A DNA stretch of 64,000 nt from Cetorhinus maximus. Its lineage: Eukaryota. The notes below the pieces were generated by a model. It saw only the letters and a program-made list of their open reading frames with translations. It made no database searches and was not told where the DNA came from. Location: positions 33,914,001-33,978,000 of the forward strand of contig NC_135903.1 of the NCBI RefSeq assembly GCF_964194155.1, written 5' to 3'. This document shows, piece by piece, positions 12,224-23,596 of this stretch. The stretch's first letter is position 1; each line of letters starts with the position of its first letter. A program made the position numbers and the translations under genes.

Positions 12224-12762
12224 GAAAGATGTTTAGCACAGACTGGGAGCAATGAATATTTATTTTAAAAACTTTTAACATAAAGCTATTTATATATATA
12301 TTTGTAACAAATTTTATATTTTATTGTACTGATGACAGAACAATGAGTGACATGATTGGATTATTTATTTATTTTATTTATTCATTTATTTATTGATATT
12401 TATTGCTATGATATTTTCCCCTGATATAATCCTAACCCTTTAGTGGATGGGGTGTGTGCTCTGGAATTTACTGGTAGGCTTTCAAGATATGGGTTTTCAG
12501 ACCTATAAACTCTGGGCTGCACTGACCTTTCCATTTCTCCTCTCCTAAGTGGCCAACTTTTCAATCTATTTCAGCCACTGTAATTTATTGATCTTTATTG
12601 TTGTGATGTCTTCATGTAATGAAATGTTACATGTAATTTAATGTGTAATGTGAATTTTTAATGATAATTTATTTATTGATATTTATTAAGTGTTGGCGAA
12701 CAGATAAATTTTTTTGTAACTGGAATATTTTATACACAATGAGAGCCTTTGGTACAAATAAA
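12224..12762 (+). promoter_or_regulatory. IFN 3'UTR with AU-rich elements and poly(A) signal (repeated after each exon 4)
   Basis: Overlapping ATTTA clusters at 12361-12404 and 12666-12686; AATAAA at 12757-12762. Typical cytokine ARE instability elements. Confidence 0.75.
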
Positions 12763-13339
12763 TTGTTTTCAATATTACGCATTGACTGGAATGATGTTCA
12801 TTTTTCAATTCTGTCGGTTGGCTTTCCATACTCAATACAAATGCTCTGGATTCTCCCACCTGCTGCCTCTTCCTGTCAGCCCTTCTCTGTTCGCCTCTTC
12901 TGTCTCCACAATCAGATTTTCCCTCACCCGTTGGAACTGTGAACCTATTGTGAACCGAACTGCCCTGATTTATCATCTTTTAGCCCTCTGCATCTCAACG
13001 CCACATTCCAGCTCCAAAGGAGAGAGGCCTGAGCTTGATGTTCAGGAGAAAAGTGGAAAATAGAGGTATAAATTAGAAATGGACAGATGGAGAAATGGAA
13101 TGGGTGGACATAGAAGATGACTGGAGTGTCAGCCTCTGCGAATATATGGGGACATCAGACAATGGGGTTGAGAATGACATCAGGTAATGAGTAGGAAGGA
13201 GAATGAGTGCAGAGTGGGAATGGAAATCTTTTGTTTCGCATGGTTGTTTACACCTTCTGAAAATCTGTATGATAAATACTGTCTGCATTACATTAGAACA
13301 GAAGAAAAAAGAGAAGTAGGCCATTTGGCCACTCAAGCC

Positions 13340-14050
13340 TGCTCCACCATTCAATAAGATTCCAACTGATTTGATTGTGGCCTTAAATCCACTCCCCTGC
13401 CTGCCACCTATAACCTTTGACTCCTTTGTTGATCAATCCCATCTAACTCATACTTGAATATATTCAATAACACAATCTCCAACTGTACTCTGAGGTGGAG
13501 ATTTAAAAGATTAATGACACTCAGCACAAAAGAAATCCACCTCATCTCCGTCTCATGTGCATATTGAAACTTTGGCCCCCAGTTAGAGACTCCCACAGAG
13601 AGGAAACACCTCAACATCTACACGGTCAAATCTCCTCACAATCTTAAATGATTCAATGACATCACCTCTCATTCTTCCAAACTCGAAGGAGTATAGGCTC
13701 AACCTGGTTATGATTGCTTCATAAACCAACTTCTCTTTCCAGGAATCAACCTGGTGAACCCTCTCTGAAGTGTCTCCAATGCAAGTTAATCCCTGCTTAA
13801 ATAAGGAGACCAAATCTGTACATAGTACTCCAGGTCTGGTCTCACAAATGGCCTGTAGAGTTGAAGCAAAACTTCCCTACTTCTATTCTTCATCCTCTTT
13901 GCAATAAAGGACCACATACCATTTACCTTTCCAATTAATTGCTCTACCTGTTTGCTAAATTTTAATTGCTCAGGTCCAAGGACACCCAGGTCCCTCTGCA
14001 CTGAAAGATTCTGTGTTCTTTCTCCATTTAAACAACATTCTGACTTTCTG
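13340..14050 (-). mobile_element. CR1 LINE 3' fragment downstream of each IFN unit
   Basis: Minus-strand ORFs 13786-14001 (QRDLGV..LYRPFVRPDLEY) and 13583-13813 (LYSFEFGRMRGDVIE); a 3' tail at ~13300-13350. Confidence 0.8.
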
Positions 14051-14519
14051 CTGGGCAGAGCAACGGCTAACTTGTGTCCTACATTACATCAGTCACTATA
14101 TATCTAAAGTACTTTATAAGCTGCTGAGTGCTTTGAGACACCTGTGGTCAGGAAGGGCACAATGTGAAAGGAAGCCTGTTTTGAAAAAAATATCATCGAG
14201 AAAGTTGGGCCTACACACAAAACTGACCTCACTCCAGGGTGAAATTATCAGCAGTGCAGTTGTTTACAGGCCTTCCAAAGGGCCCCAAAAAATAAACTGG
14301 ATGATTTGGGTTTGAGCACAGCAACAGACATGTGTTAAAAGATATGCAAAGCAACTTTATTAATTTACAAAGACAATAACTATTGCACTCCAATTCCAAA
14401 AAAGTGGGGATGAACCAATCCAATTTCCATCACCATTAATTTCTACAAAACAGAAAACCGACCCCAAAAGTGGTATCAAGTTGTGAACGTCAGTAAGTCT
14501 ACAACGCTCTAACCAACTT

Positions 14520-14915
14520 CAATATTTACTGTCCACCACCGACAAACACTGGGGTCAGTGTGTACCATGTACATGGTGAACTGCAGGATCTCACCAAAGC
14601 CCCTTCAACACCGCTTCCCAAACTGACGGCTTCTACAACCCAGAAGAACAAGGGTAGCAGGTGCAAGGGACCAGCAGAAAAGTTCGTTTCCCATTCAAGG
14701 GACAAGATACTGACTTGGAACTATTTCCCATTTTTTCACTGTTACAGGCTAACACTCCTGGAAAACCCTTCCCAACACCTCTGTAAATTCACCTACACCA
14801 CATGAATGGCAGCAGTTCACGGGTTGAAGGGGGCGGTTCATCACCACCTTCTGTCGGGTAATTAGGGAGGAGCAACAAATTCTGGCCTTTCCAGAGACGC
14901 CCACGTCCCATCAAG
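14520..14915 (+). mobile_element. Degenerate 3' end of a second LINE family sharing its tail with the SINE
   Basis: The sequence ...cctacaccacatgaatggcagcagttc...catcaccaccttct...taattagggaggagcaacaaattctggcc...cccacgtcccat ends in the same tail as the SINE at 11530-11590. Confidence 0.5.
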
Positions 14916-15359
14916 GAGAAAATGAAACCAAATTTTGCAAAAGGAGCTGTGAATGGGCCGCATATTTTAGTAATGTAAAAATGCACACGCTCCCGCAGGT
15001 CCTTCCTATTTCCTCCAATGTCACTCTCCAGTGCTTTTAATATTCTTCCTTCAGTTCCCTGACCCTCCTTCCGCCTCCGCCTTCAATAATTACAATTCCC
15101 ACTGTTTTATTCGCCAATAACAGCATTTTCGTAAGTTGTAGTTTCTCTCGTGTCTCCAGTTGGGGAATGTGGGATCCCGCTCCCACATCTACCCGGACGG
15201 TAGATTTTGGTGACACTTCCAGCTGAGAGGGATTTGGTGCCATTTCCTATGTAGCCGGGCATTTAGCGAATACCCCAAAGCAATTCCCAACTGCCCCTCA
15301 CCCCTCTCAGTCTGATCCACCCTCTTTACAAACCCTCCTCCCTTTCGGAAATGACAAAA

Positions 15360-16332
15360 CACGTCACTTTCCTTCAGGCACTTTCGCTTTTGGCTGAAAT
15401 GGACACCAGGTTAATTTCCAGAGAGAAAGTGACACAGACACTTTCCCGGGAGAGAGACAAGAAAGAAAGGATGAAATAAAAGAGAGCGGGATCACTTTCG
15501 GACTCAGAATCGGAGCAGATCAAATATTCTTTCAATCCGACTCTGAAAATGGCTCCAGAAAACAACCGAGAAATGAGAAACTTCTCCCAGTTAAAGAGCA
15601 GATTGTGGGACAGGTCAATCGGAGCGGAGTCTGTCCCCATGAAGCGGTGTCCCTGGGCTGTGAGCAGAGCTGTCTGCAATGTCCAACCTGTGAAGTGTGA
15701 ACAGGACAAGCGCCAGGTGAACACACCGCGGGGACACAGTGGATTTCAAAGGGAATCGCTCTTCATGGTGCCCAATGTCAGCACTAAAAGCCGCCGCACC
15801 GGATCACCGCTGTCGCTCTCTCTATAATCCGGATGATAAAATCCAGCCCCCGATACATGTTCACACTGCCCCCAATTCAGAGCCTCCCTCTACACCACCT
15901 TCGTGCCCCAGGTCAGCTGAAGCCACACAACACTGAGCTGGAACCGAGCGCTGCCTGTGATTTTCAACCGGGGATTTTCCACTCGCTGCTTTCGGAATCT
16001 CCAGCTTTTACATTCCTGACCTCAGAAAGGAAACCGGACAAACTATTGATCTCCCGCAGCTCTTCCAAAAATCCTCGAGCCCGTTTTCACTTTTCGAATG
16101 TAATGCCACACATTAAAGCCGACAGCATGGCAGCGCCAGTGAGAGCACCGAACATACTCCACACTCACACTCACACTGTTCGGCAGCACAGGCGCTCGCT
16201 CCCGGATCACAAGCGGCTCCGATTCGACTTTCCCAGTTTAAATCCGCTCGCAAGAACCATTTTCGCCGCGGAAACACGTAGCCGCCGGTTTCTCATCTTT
16301 CACATCGGTATTTCACTCTGGGTCGCTTGATC
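15360..16332 (+). promoter_or_regulatory. IFN promoter A (copy 2) with an upstream cluster of GAAAGTG/CACTTTC motifs
   Basis: Five CACTTTC/GAAAGTG motifs within 15365-15500; kB GGGATTTTCC 15971-15980; IRF-like GTTTTCACTTTTCG 16083-16096. Confidence 0.7.
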
Positions 16333-19300
16333 ATGGCTTTGGCGAGTATCTGGAGATTCTGGATGGTGTTGCTCTTCTTGTCCGGGACCCTCAGTCTCGG
16401 ATGTGACAGGCTGCAGCTACAGCAAGTTCTCAACACAGAGACTCTCAGCAAACTGAATGCAATGGTGAGTTGAACCTGCAGCCAGAGCAGGAGGTGAATC
16501 ACATTGTGTCCGCTTGCTGTGAAATGTCACATCAGGGGAAATGTTTTGCAATTTGTCATTTTGTGCAATGAATAGCCTGTGATTCTCCAGTATTTGAGTT
16601 TTTGGGGCTGATTGTAACAGTGATTGTTTTCCCCTCTCAGGGCGGACCCTTTCCCCGACACTGTATAAGACAGAGACTCTCACTGAAAACCAAACCCTTG
16701 AACCTGGTGAAACTCTCGAAGGAATTAGAGGTGAGTGAACACTCGGTTCATTTGATTCACACAGGGCTTTTATACAAAGTAAGATTAGCAACCGAATCGG
16801 AAACTTCCACATCAGGAATTTGGAATAGAGTGATTTGTACCCATTGTGAATGTAGGAGCAGTCTTACTTATTGAATTTCACTCACTATCTCACCCATGAA
16901 CTATATCACTCTCTCTAACTGCATTCACTACCGACTTATCTCCAACTATATCCCTCCCTGATATTATGTCCCTCCCTCTAACCACCTGCTCTGGGAGCCA
17001 TCCGACTGGATCGCCCATCTCCTTTTCCTGCAGGGCCTTTAGATTATTCTGTGCAGACCACTGCCTGCTGGGCATGTTGTCAAAGATGTTTCTCTGCCTA
17101 AGCATTTCTACACGGGATAGGTGGTGAGGCAATTACAAAGGCTTCGAGTGTTCACGACAGCAAGGCCACTCCCATCCTTTGCAACACTGGGGACAGGTTG
17201 AAACTCAGCACTTGCAGTTTGCGCTCCAAGGGTCCACGCACAGCTTGATGCAGCCAGACACAAATGTAGTCATCAGGATGAGGGCGATGTTGAGAGCATT
17301 TTGTCCTCTGATCATTGACTACGTGAAAACGTCTCAACTTCTCTCAACCTAACACCATTTAATTTTCTCCCTGCCTCTAACCACCTCACTTCCTCTAATC
17401 ATCTTATTCCCTGTAACAATTTGCCTCCCTCGAAACATCTCACTCCTCAGCTGCACTGAATGACTTTGGGGCATGAACCACGCAGGCAGGTTAGGCCATA
17501 GGATCATAGAATGATCCTGTGCTGAAAGAGACCGATTGGGCAGAATAGTCTGTTTCCTTGCCACGTTTCCGATCAAGTACCTGGTGGAAAAATACGTTAG
17601 TAGGTACGCACTAACCAGCATTCATATATTCAAGAAAAATCACCTTTCCCAAACTTGATTGAGTTAAGTGATAATGTAGCAGAGAGTGTTCATGAGGTTA
17701 GTGCGCTTAATCTTCTGATGATGTCATCATACCTCTGCAGCACTTTGAATGAACGATTCAAATTATTCCCGATCTCATCCCCCATTACAATGCAAAAATC
17801 TTCTCTGACTATTTATCCAATTCTCTCTAGAAAGTTATTATTGAATCTGCTTTTGCTGTTTTGTAAATCAATCCATACGCACACTTTTAAAAGACTAATC
17901 ATCAGAAGATCCAGCGCACAATCCTCATCAACGCTCTGCTACATTATCACATAACTCAATCAAGCTTGGTAAAGATAATTTGATGGTAAAGATGTCTCCC
18001 CAGAGATCACTGTGTCTGAAGTTTTCCCACCACCCAAAATAGTCTAACTGGCCTGTATTTGTTGGGTTTATCCCTCTTCCATTTTTGAATGGGATATAAG
18101 TATTTGAAATCTTCTGGTCCGCTGCCATCATGTCCTTCATATCTAAAGAGGACTGGAGGAATGCGGCCAGAAGTGTCATTTCAACCCATGCTTTCCTCAG
18201 CAATCTCAGCTGTATTCCGTCCAGATCAGGTGACTTTCCTAACCTGAGTGCTGCCAATATTTTACGTACCTCCTCTTTATCTAGTTTTATCCTACCCAAT
18301 TCCTCTACTCGCTCCCCCTGCACTGTGACTTTTGAAGCATCTGCTTGTGAAGTGAAGACAAATTCCAAGAACTGGTTTAGATCCTCCGCCATGTCCTTTG
18401 TGTCCCACAAGAAGATTTATTTTTTGCTCACTAATCAACATTTATTTACATGCTTATTAAAGGTTTTTAGCTTCCCTCTTACATGACCTGCTCATCAATT
18501 CTCATGCGTTCTGTTTATTCCTTATTTCTTTTGATAACTTTTCTCCATATTGGCTGCATTCAGCTTGGTTCCTCACTCAGCTAAGAGCCTAATGTTTCAC
18601 ATAAGGCTTCGTTTTCTGTTTTGTTTTAATGTCTACATCTTTTGGCGATGAGGTCATTGACCTTTCCATGCCCTTCCTTTCTGCTTCATTGAAAGGAGTC
18701 CAGTCTGCAACCATAACATCGCCACTTCAAAAGAGCCTCAATTGCTACTTTCCTCCTGAGGAAGCACTATTTAAGAGGAGTCGGTGGCTTAGTGGTAGAT
18801 TCACAGGGTTAATAATTCATGGCCTAGGCTAATGCTCTGGGTACCTGAGTTCATGCCCCATCACACAGCTGGTGGAATTTTAATTCAATCAATGAACGTG
18901 GAATATAACACTAGTGTCAGTAATACTGACCATGCAACTATCATGGATCTTTGTAAAACCCTTCTGATTCACTAATGCCTTTTAAGAAAGCAAACGTGTC
19001 TTCTGCACCTGGACTGGATGACATGTCACTCTCAGCACATGGTCGAATCTTCACTGTCCTTTCAAATATTCAGTTCAAGGGATATTAGGGAAGGACATCT
19101 AATGCTGGCTTTGCCAGTGATGCCCACATCCCATGAATGAATAAAGGAAAAAAGAATCCTTGATTCAAATACACCTGGGCCAGATCCCCTTTAAACAAAC
19201 TAAAATTAATCCTCCCCCTTTTGCCCATTTTTAGCTCTATTTGTATTTTGTTCTTTAACATAGTCTGTTCTAAAACTAAAGGTGTACATGTCCTCTCTAA

Positions 19301-19770
19301 TGTCATTCTCTTCATTATACACAGACACAGGACAGGATCCAGATTGTCCATCAAACCCTGCGTTACATCAGCAAGATCTACAGCATGAACCTGGGTTCAG
19401 CCACATGGGCCCAGGACAAGGTGGAAAACCTCCGGCTTCTCCTGGATCGGCAGCTCGGTGAGCTGGAAGAATGTGTCAGGAAAGCAGGATCAGAGCACAA
19501 GATGAGGAGAAACTCTGCCATTCACAATTACTTTAGGAAACTGGAAAAGTTTCTCAAACAGGAGGTAGGTCAATTGATAAATGACAATGTGATTGCTGGC
19601 ATGTAGTTCATTTCACCACATTTAAATCTGCTCATTCTCTAATCGGTTTCCCTGAATAATTTTCTTTTCAGAAATTCAGTGACTGTGCCTGGGAAATAAT
19701 CCGCAATGAGACCAGAGCCCGTTTACAACAGCTCCTTTTCATCATAGCACAAATCAGCCGAAGAAACTGA
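16333..19770 (+). CDS. IFN1: Type I interferon, copy 2 (4 exons, 186 aa)
   Basis: Exons 16333-16464, 16641-16730, 19325-19564, 19672-19770 (KFSDCAWEIIRNETRARLQQLLFIIAQISRRN*). Open frame, GT-AG phase-0 introns, 4 Cys. Confidence 0.92.
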
Positions 19771-22700
19771 GAAAGACATGTTTAGCACAGACTGGGAACA
19801 ATGAGTATTTATTTTAAAAACTTTTAACATAAAGCTAGTTATATATATATTTGTAACAAATTTTATATTTTATTGTACTGATGACAGAACAATGTGTGAC
19901 ATGATTGGATTATTTATTTATTTAATTTATTCACTTATTTATTGATATTTATTGCTATGATATTTTCCCCTGATATAATCCTAACCCTTTAGTGGGTGGG
20001 GTGTCTGCTCTGGAATTTACTGGTAGGCATTCAAGATATGGGTTTTCAGACCTATAAACTCTGGGCCGCACTGACCTTTCCATTTCTCCTCTCCTAAGTG
20101 GCCAACTTTTCAATCTATTTCAGCCACTGTAATTTATAGATCTTTATTGTTGTGTTGTCTTTATGTAATGAAATGTTACATGTAATTTAATGTGTAATGT
20201 GAATTTTTAATGATAATTTATTTATTGATATTTATTAAGTGTTGGCGAACCGATAAAATTTGTTTGTAACTGGAATATTTTATACACAATGAGAGACTTT
20301 GGTACAAATAAATTGTTTTCAATATTACGCATTGACATGAATGATGTTCATATTTCAATTCTGTCGGTTGGCTTTCCATAATCAGTATAAATGCTCTGGA
20401 TTCTCCCACCTGCTGCCTCTTCCTGTCAGCCCTTCTCTGTTCGCCTCTTCTGTCTCAACAATCAGATTTTCCCTCACCCGTTGGAAATGTGAACCTATTG
20501 TGAACCGAACTGCCCTGATTTATCATCTTTTACCCCTCTGCTTCTCTACACCACATTCCAGCTCCAAAGGAGAGAGGCCTGAGCTTGATGTTCAGGAGAA
20601 AAGTGGAAAATAGAGGTATAAATTAGAAATAGACAGATGGAGAAATGGAATGGGTGGACATAGAAGATGACTGGAGTATCAGCCTCTGTGAATATATGCG
20701 GACATCAGACCATGGGGTTGAGAGTGACATCAGGTAATGAGTAGGAAGGAAAATGAGTGGAGGGTGGGGATGGAAATCTTTTGTTTCGCATGGTTGTTTA
20801 CACCTTCTGAAAATCTGTATGATAAATACTGTCTGCATTACATTAGAACAGAAGAAAAAAGAGAAGTAGGCCATTTGGCCACTCAAGCCTGCTCCACTAT
20901 TCAATAAGATTCTGACTGATTTGATTGTGGCCTTAAATCCACTCCCCTGCCTGCCACCTATAACCTTTGACTCCTTTGTTGATCAATCCCATCTAACTCA
21001 TACTTGAATATATTCAATAACACAACCTCCACTGTTCTCTGAGGTGGAGATTTAAAAGATTAATGACACTTGGCACAAAAGAAATCCTCCTCATCTCCGT
21101 CTCACGTGCATATTGAAACTTTGGCCCCCAGTTACAGACTCCCACAGAGAGGAAACACCTCAACATCTACACGGTCAAATCTCCTCACAATCTTAAATGA
21201 TTCAATGACATCACATCTCATTCTTCAAAACTCAAAGGAGTGTTGGCTCAACCTGGTTAAGATTGCTTCATAAACCAACTTCTCTTTCCAGGAATCAACC
21301 TGGTCAACCCTCTCTGAAGTGTCTCTAATGCAAGTTAATCCCTGCTTAAATAAGGAGACCAATGCTGTACATAGTACTCCAGGTCTGGTCTCACAAATGG
21401 CCTGTAGAGTTGAAGCAAAACTTCCCTACTTCTATTCTTCATCCTCTTTGCAATAAAGGACAACGTACCATTTACCTTGCCAATTACTTGCTCTACCTGT
21501 TTGCTAAATTTTAATTGCTCAGTTCCAAGGTCACCCAGGTCCCTCTGCACTGAAAGATTCTGTGTTCTTTCTCCATTTAAACAACATTCTGACTTTCTGC
21601 TGGGCGCAGCAATGGCTAACTTGTGTCCTACATTACATCAGTCACTATATATCTAAAGTACTTTATAAGCTGCTGAGTGCTTTGAGACACCTGTGGTCAG
21701 GAAGAGCACAATGTGAATGCAAGCCTGTTTTGAAAAAAATATCATCGAGAAAGTTGGGCCTACACACAAAACTGCCCTCACTCCAGGGTGAATTTATCAG
21801 CAGTGCAGTTGTTTACAGTCCTTCCAAAGGGCCCCAAAAAATAAACTGGATGATTTGGGTTTGAGCACAGCAACAGACATGTGTTAAAAGATATGCAATG
21901 CAACTTTATTAATTTACAAAGACAATAACTATTGCACTCCAATTCCAAAAAAGTGGGGATGAACCAATCCAATTTCCATCACCATTAAATTCTACAAAAC
22001 AGAAAACCGACCCCAAAAGTGGTATCAAGTTGTGAACATCAGTAAGTCTACAACGCTCTAACCAACTTCAATATTTACTGTCCACCACCGACAAACACTG
22101 GGGTCAGTGTGTACCATGTACATGGTGAACTGCAGGATCTCACCAAAGCCCCTTCAACGCCGCTTCCCAAACTGACGACTTCTACCACCCAGATGATCAA
22201 GCGTAGCAGGTGCAAGGGACCAGCAGAAAAGTTCATTTCCCATTCAAGGGACAAGCATCCTGACTTGGAACTATTTCCAATTTTTTCACTGTTACAGGCT
22301 AACACTCCTGGAAAACCCTTCCCAACACCTTTGTAAATTCTCGTACACCACATGAATGGCAGCAGTTCACGGGTTAAAGGGGGCGGTTCATCATCACCTT
22401 CTGTTTTGTTTTAATCTCTACATTTTTGGCGATGACGTCATTGACCTTTCGATGCCCTCCCTTTGTACTTCATTGAAAGGAGTCCAGTCTGCAACCATTA
22501 CATCTACGGTTAAAAAGAACCTCAATTGCTCCTTTTCTACTGACAAAGCATTATTTAAGAGGAGATGGTCACTTAATGGTAGATAGTGGTGGTAGATAGT
22601 AGTGGTAGATTCACAGGTTTAATAATTCATGGCCTAGGCTAATGCTCTGGGCACCTGAGTTCATGTCCCATCACACAGATGGTGGAATTTTAATTCAATC

Positions 22701-23134
22701 AATAAACGTGGAATATAACACTAGTGTCAGTAATACTGACCATGCAACTATCATGGATCTTTGTAAAACCCTTCTGATTCACTAATGCCTTTTAAGAAAG
22801 GAAACGTGAATTCTGCACCTGGACTGGATGACATGTCACTCTCAGCACATGGTCGAATCTTCACTGTCCTTTCAAATATTCAGTTCAAGGGACATTAGGG
22901 ATGGGCATCTAATGCTGGCTTTGCCAGTGATGCCCACATCCCATGAATGAATAAAGGAAAAAAGAATCCTTGATTCAAATACACCTGGGCCAGATCCCCT
23001 TTAAACGCACTAAAATTAATCCTCCCCCTTTTGAACATTTTTATCTCTATTTATAATTTGTTCTTTAACATAGTCTGTTCTAAAATTAAAGGTGAACATG
23101 TCCTCTCTAATGTCATTCCTTACATTATACACAG

Positions 23135-23596
23135 ACACAGGACAGGATCCAGATTGTCCATCAAACGCTGTGTCACATCAGCAAGATCTACAGCATGAAC
23201 CTGGGTTCAGCCACATGGGCCCAGGACAAGGTGGAAAAGTTCCGGCTTCTCCTGGACCGGCAGCTCGGTGAGCTGGAAGAATGTGTCAGGAAAGCAGGAT
23301 CAGAGCACAAGATGAGGAGAAACTCCGCCATTCACAATTAATTTAGGAAACTGGAAAAGTTTCTCAAACAGGAGGTAGGTCAATTGATAAATGACAATGT
23401 GAATGCTGGCATGTAGTTCATTTCACCACATTGAAAACTGCTCATTCTCTAATCGGTTTCCCTGAATAATTTTCTTTTTCAGAAATTCAGTGACTGTGCC
23501 TGGGAAATAATCCGCAATGAGACCAGAGCCCGTTTACAACAACTCCTTTTCATCATAGCACAAATCAGCAGAAGAAACTTAGAAAGACATGTTTAG
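23135..23596 (+). pseudogene. Headless IFN half-copy 3 (exons 3-4 only, premature stop)
   Basis: Exon 3 at 23135-23374 has TAC>TAA at 23339-23341. Exon 4 starts at 23483, and its stop is mutated TGA>TTA, reading on to TAG at 23596. No exon 1 or 2 upstream (junction at 22399-22404). Confidence 0.88.

Noticed and set aside
15374-15724. Recurrent minus-strand ORF MFTWRLSCSHFTGW... as a possible divergent gene
   Set aside because: No domain, no splice structure seen, a different C-terminus in copy 1, and a frameshift from the 20-bp duplication in copy 4.
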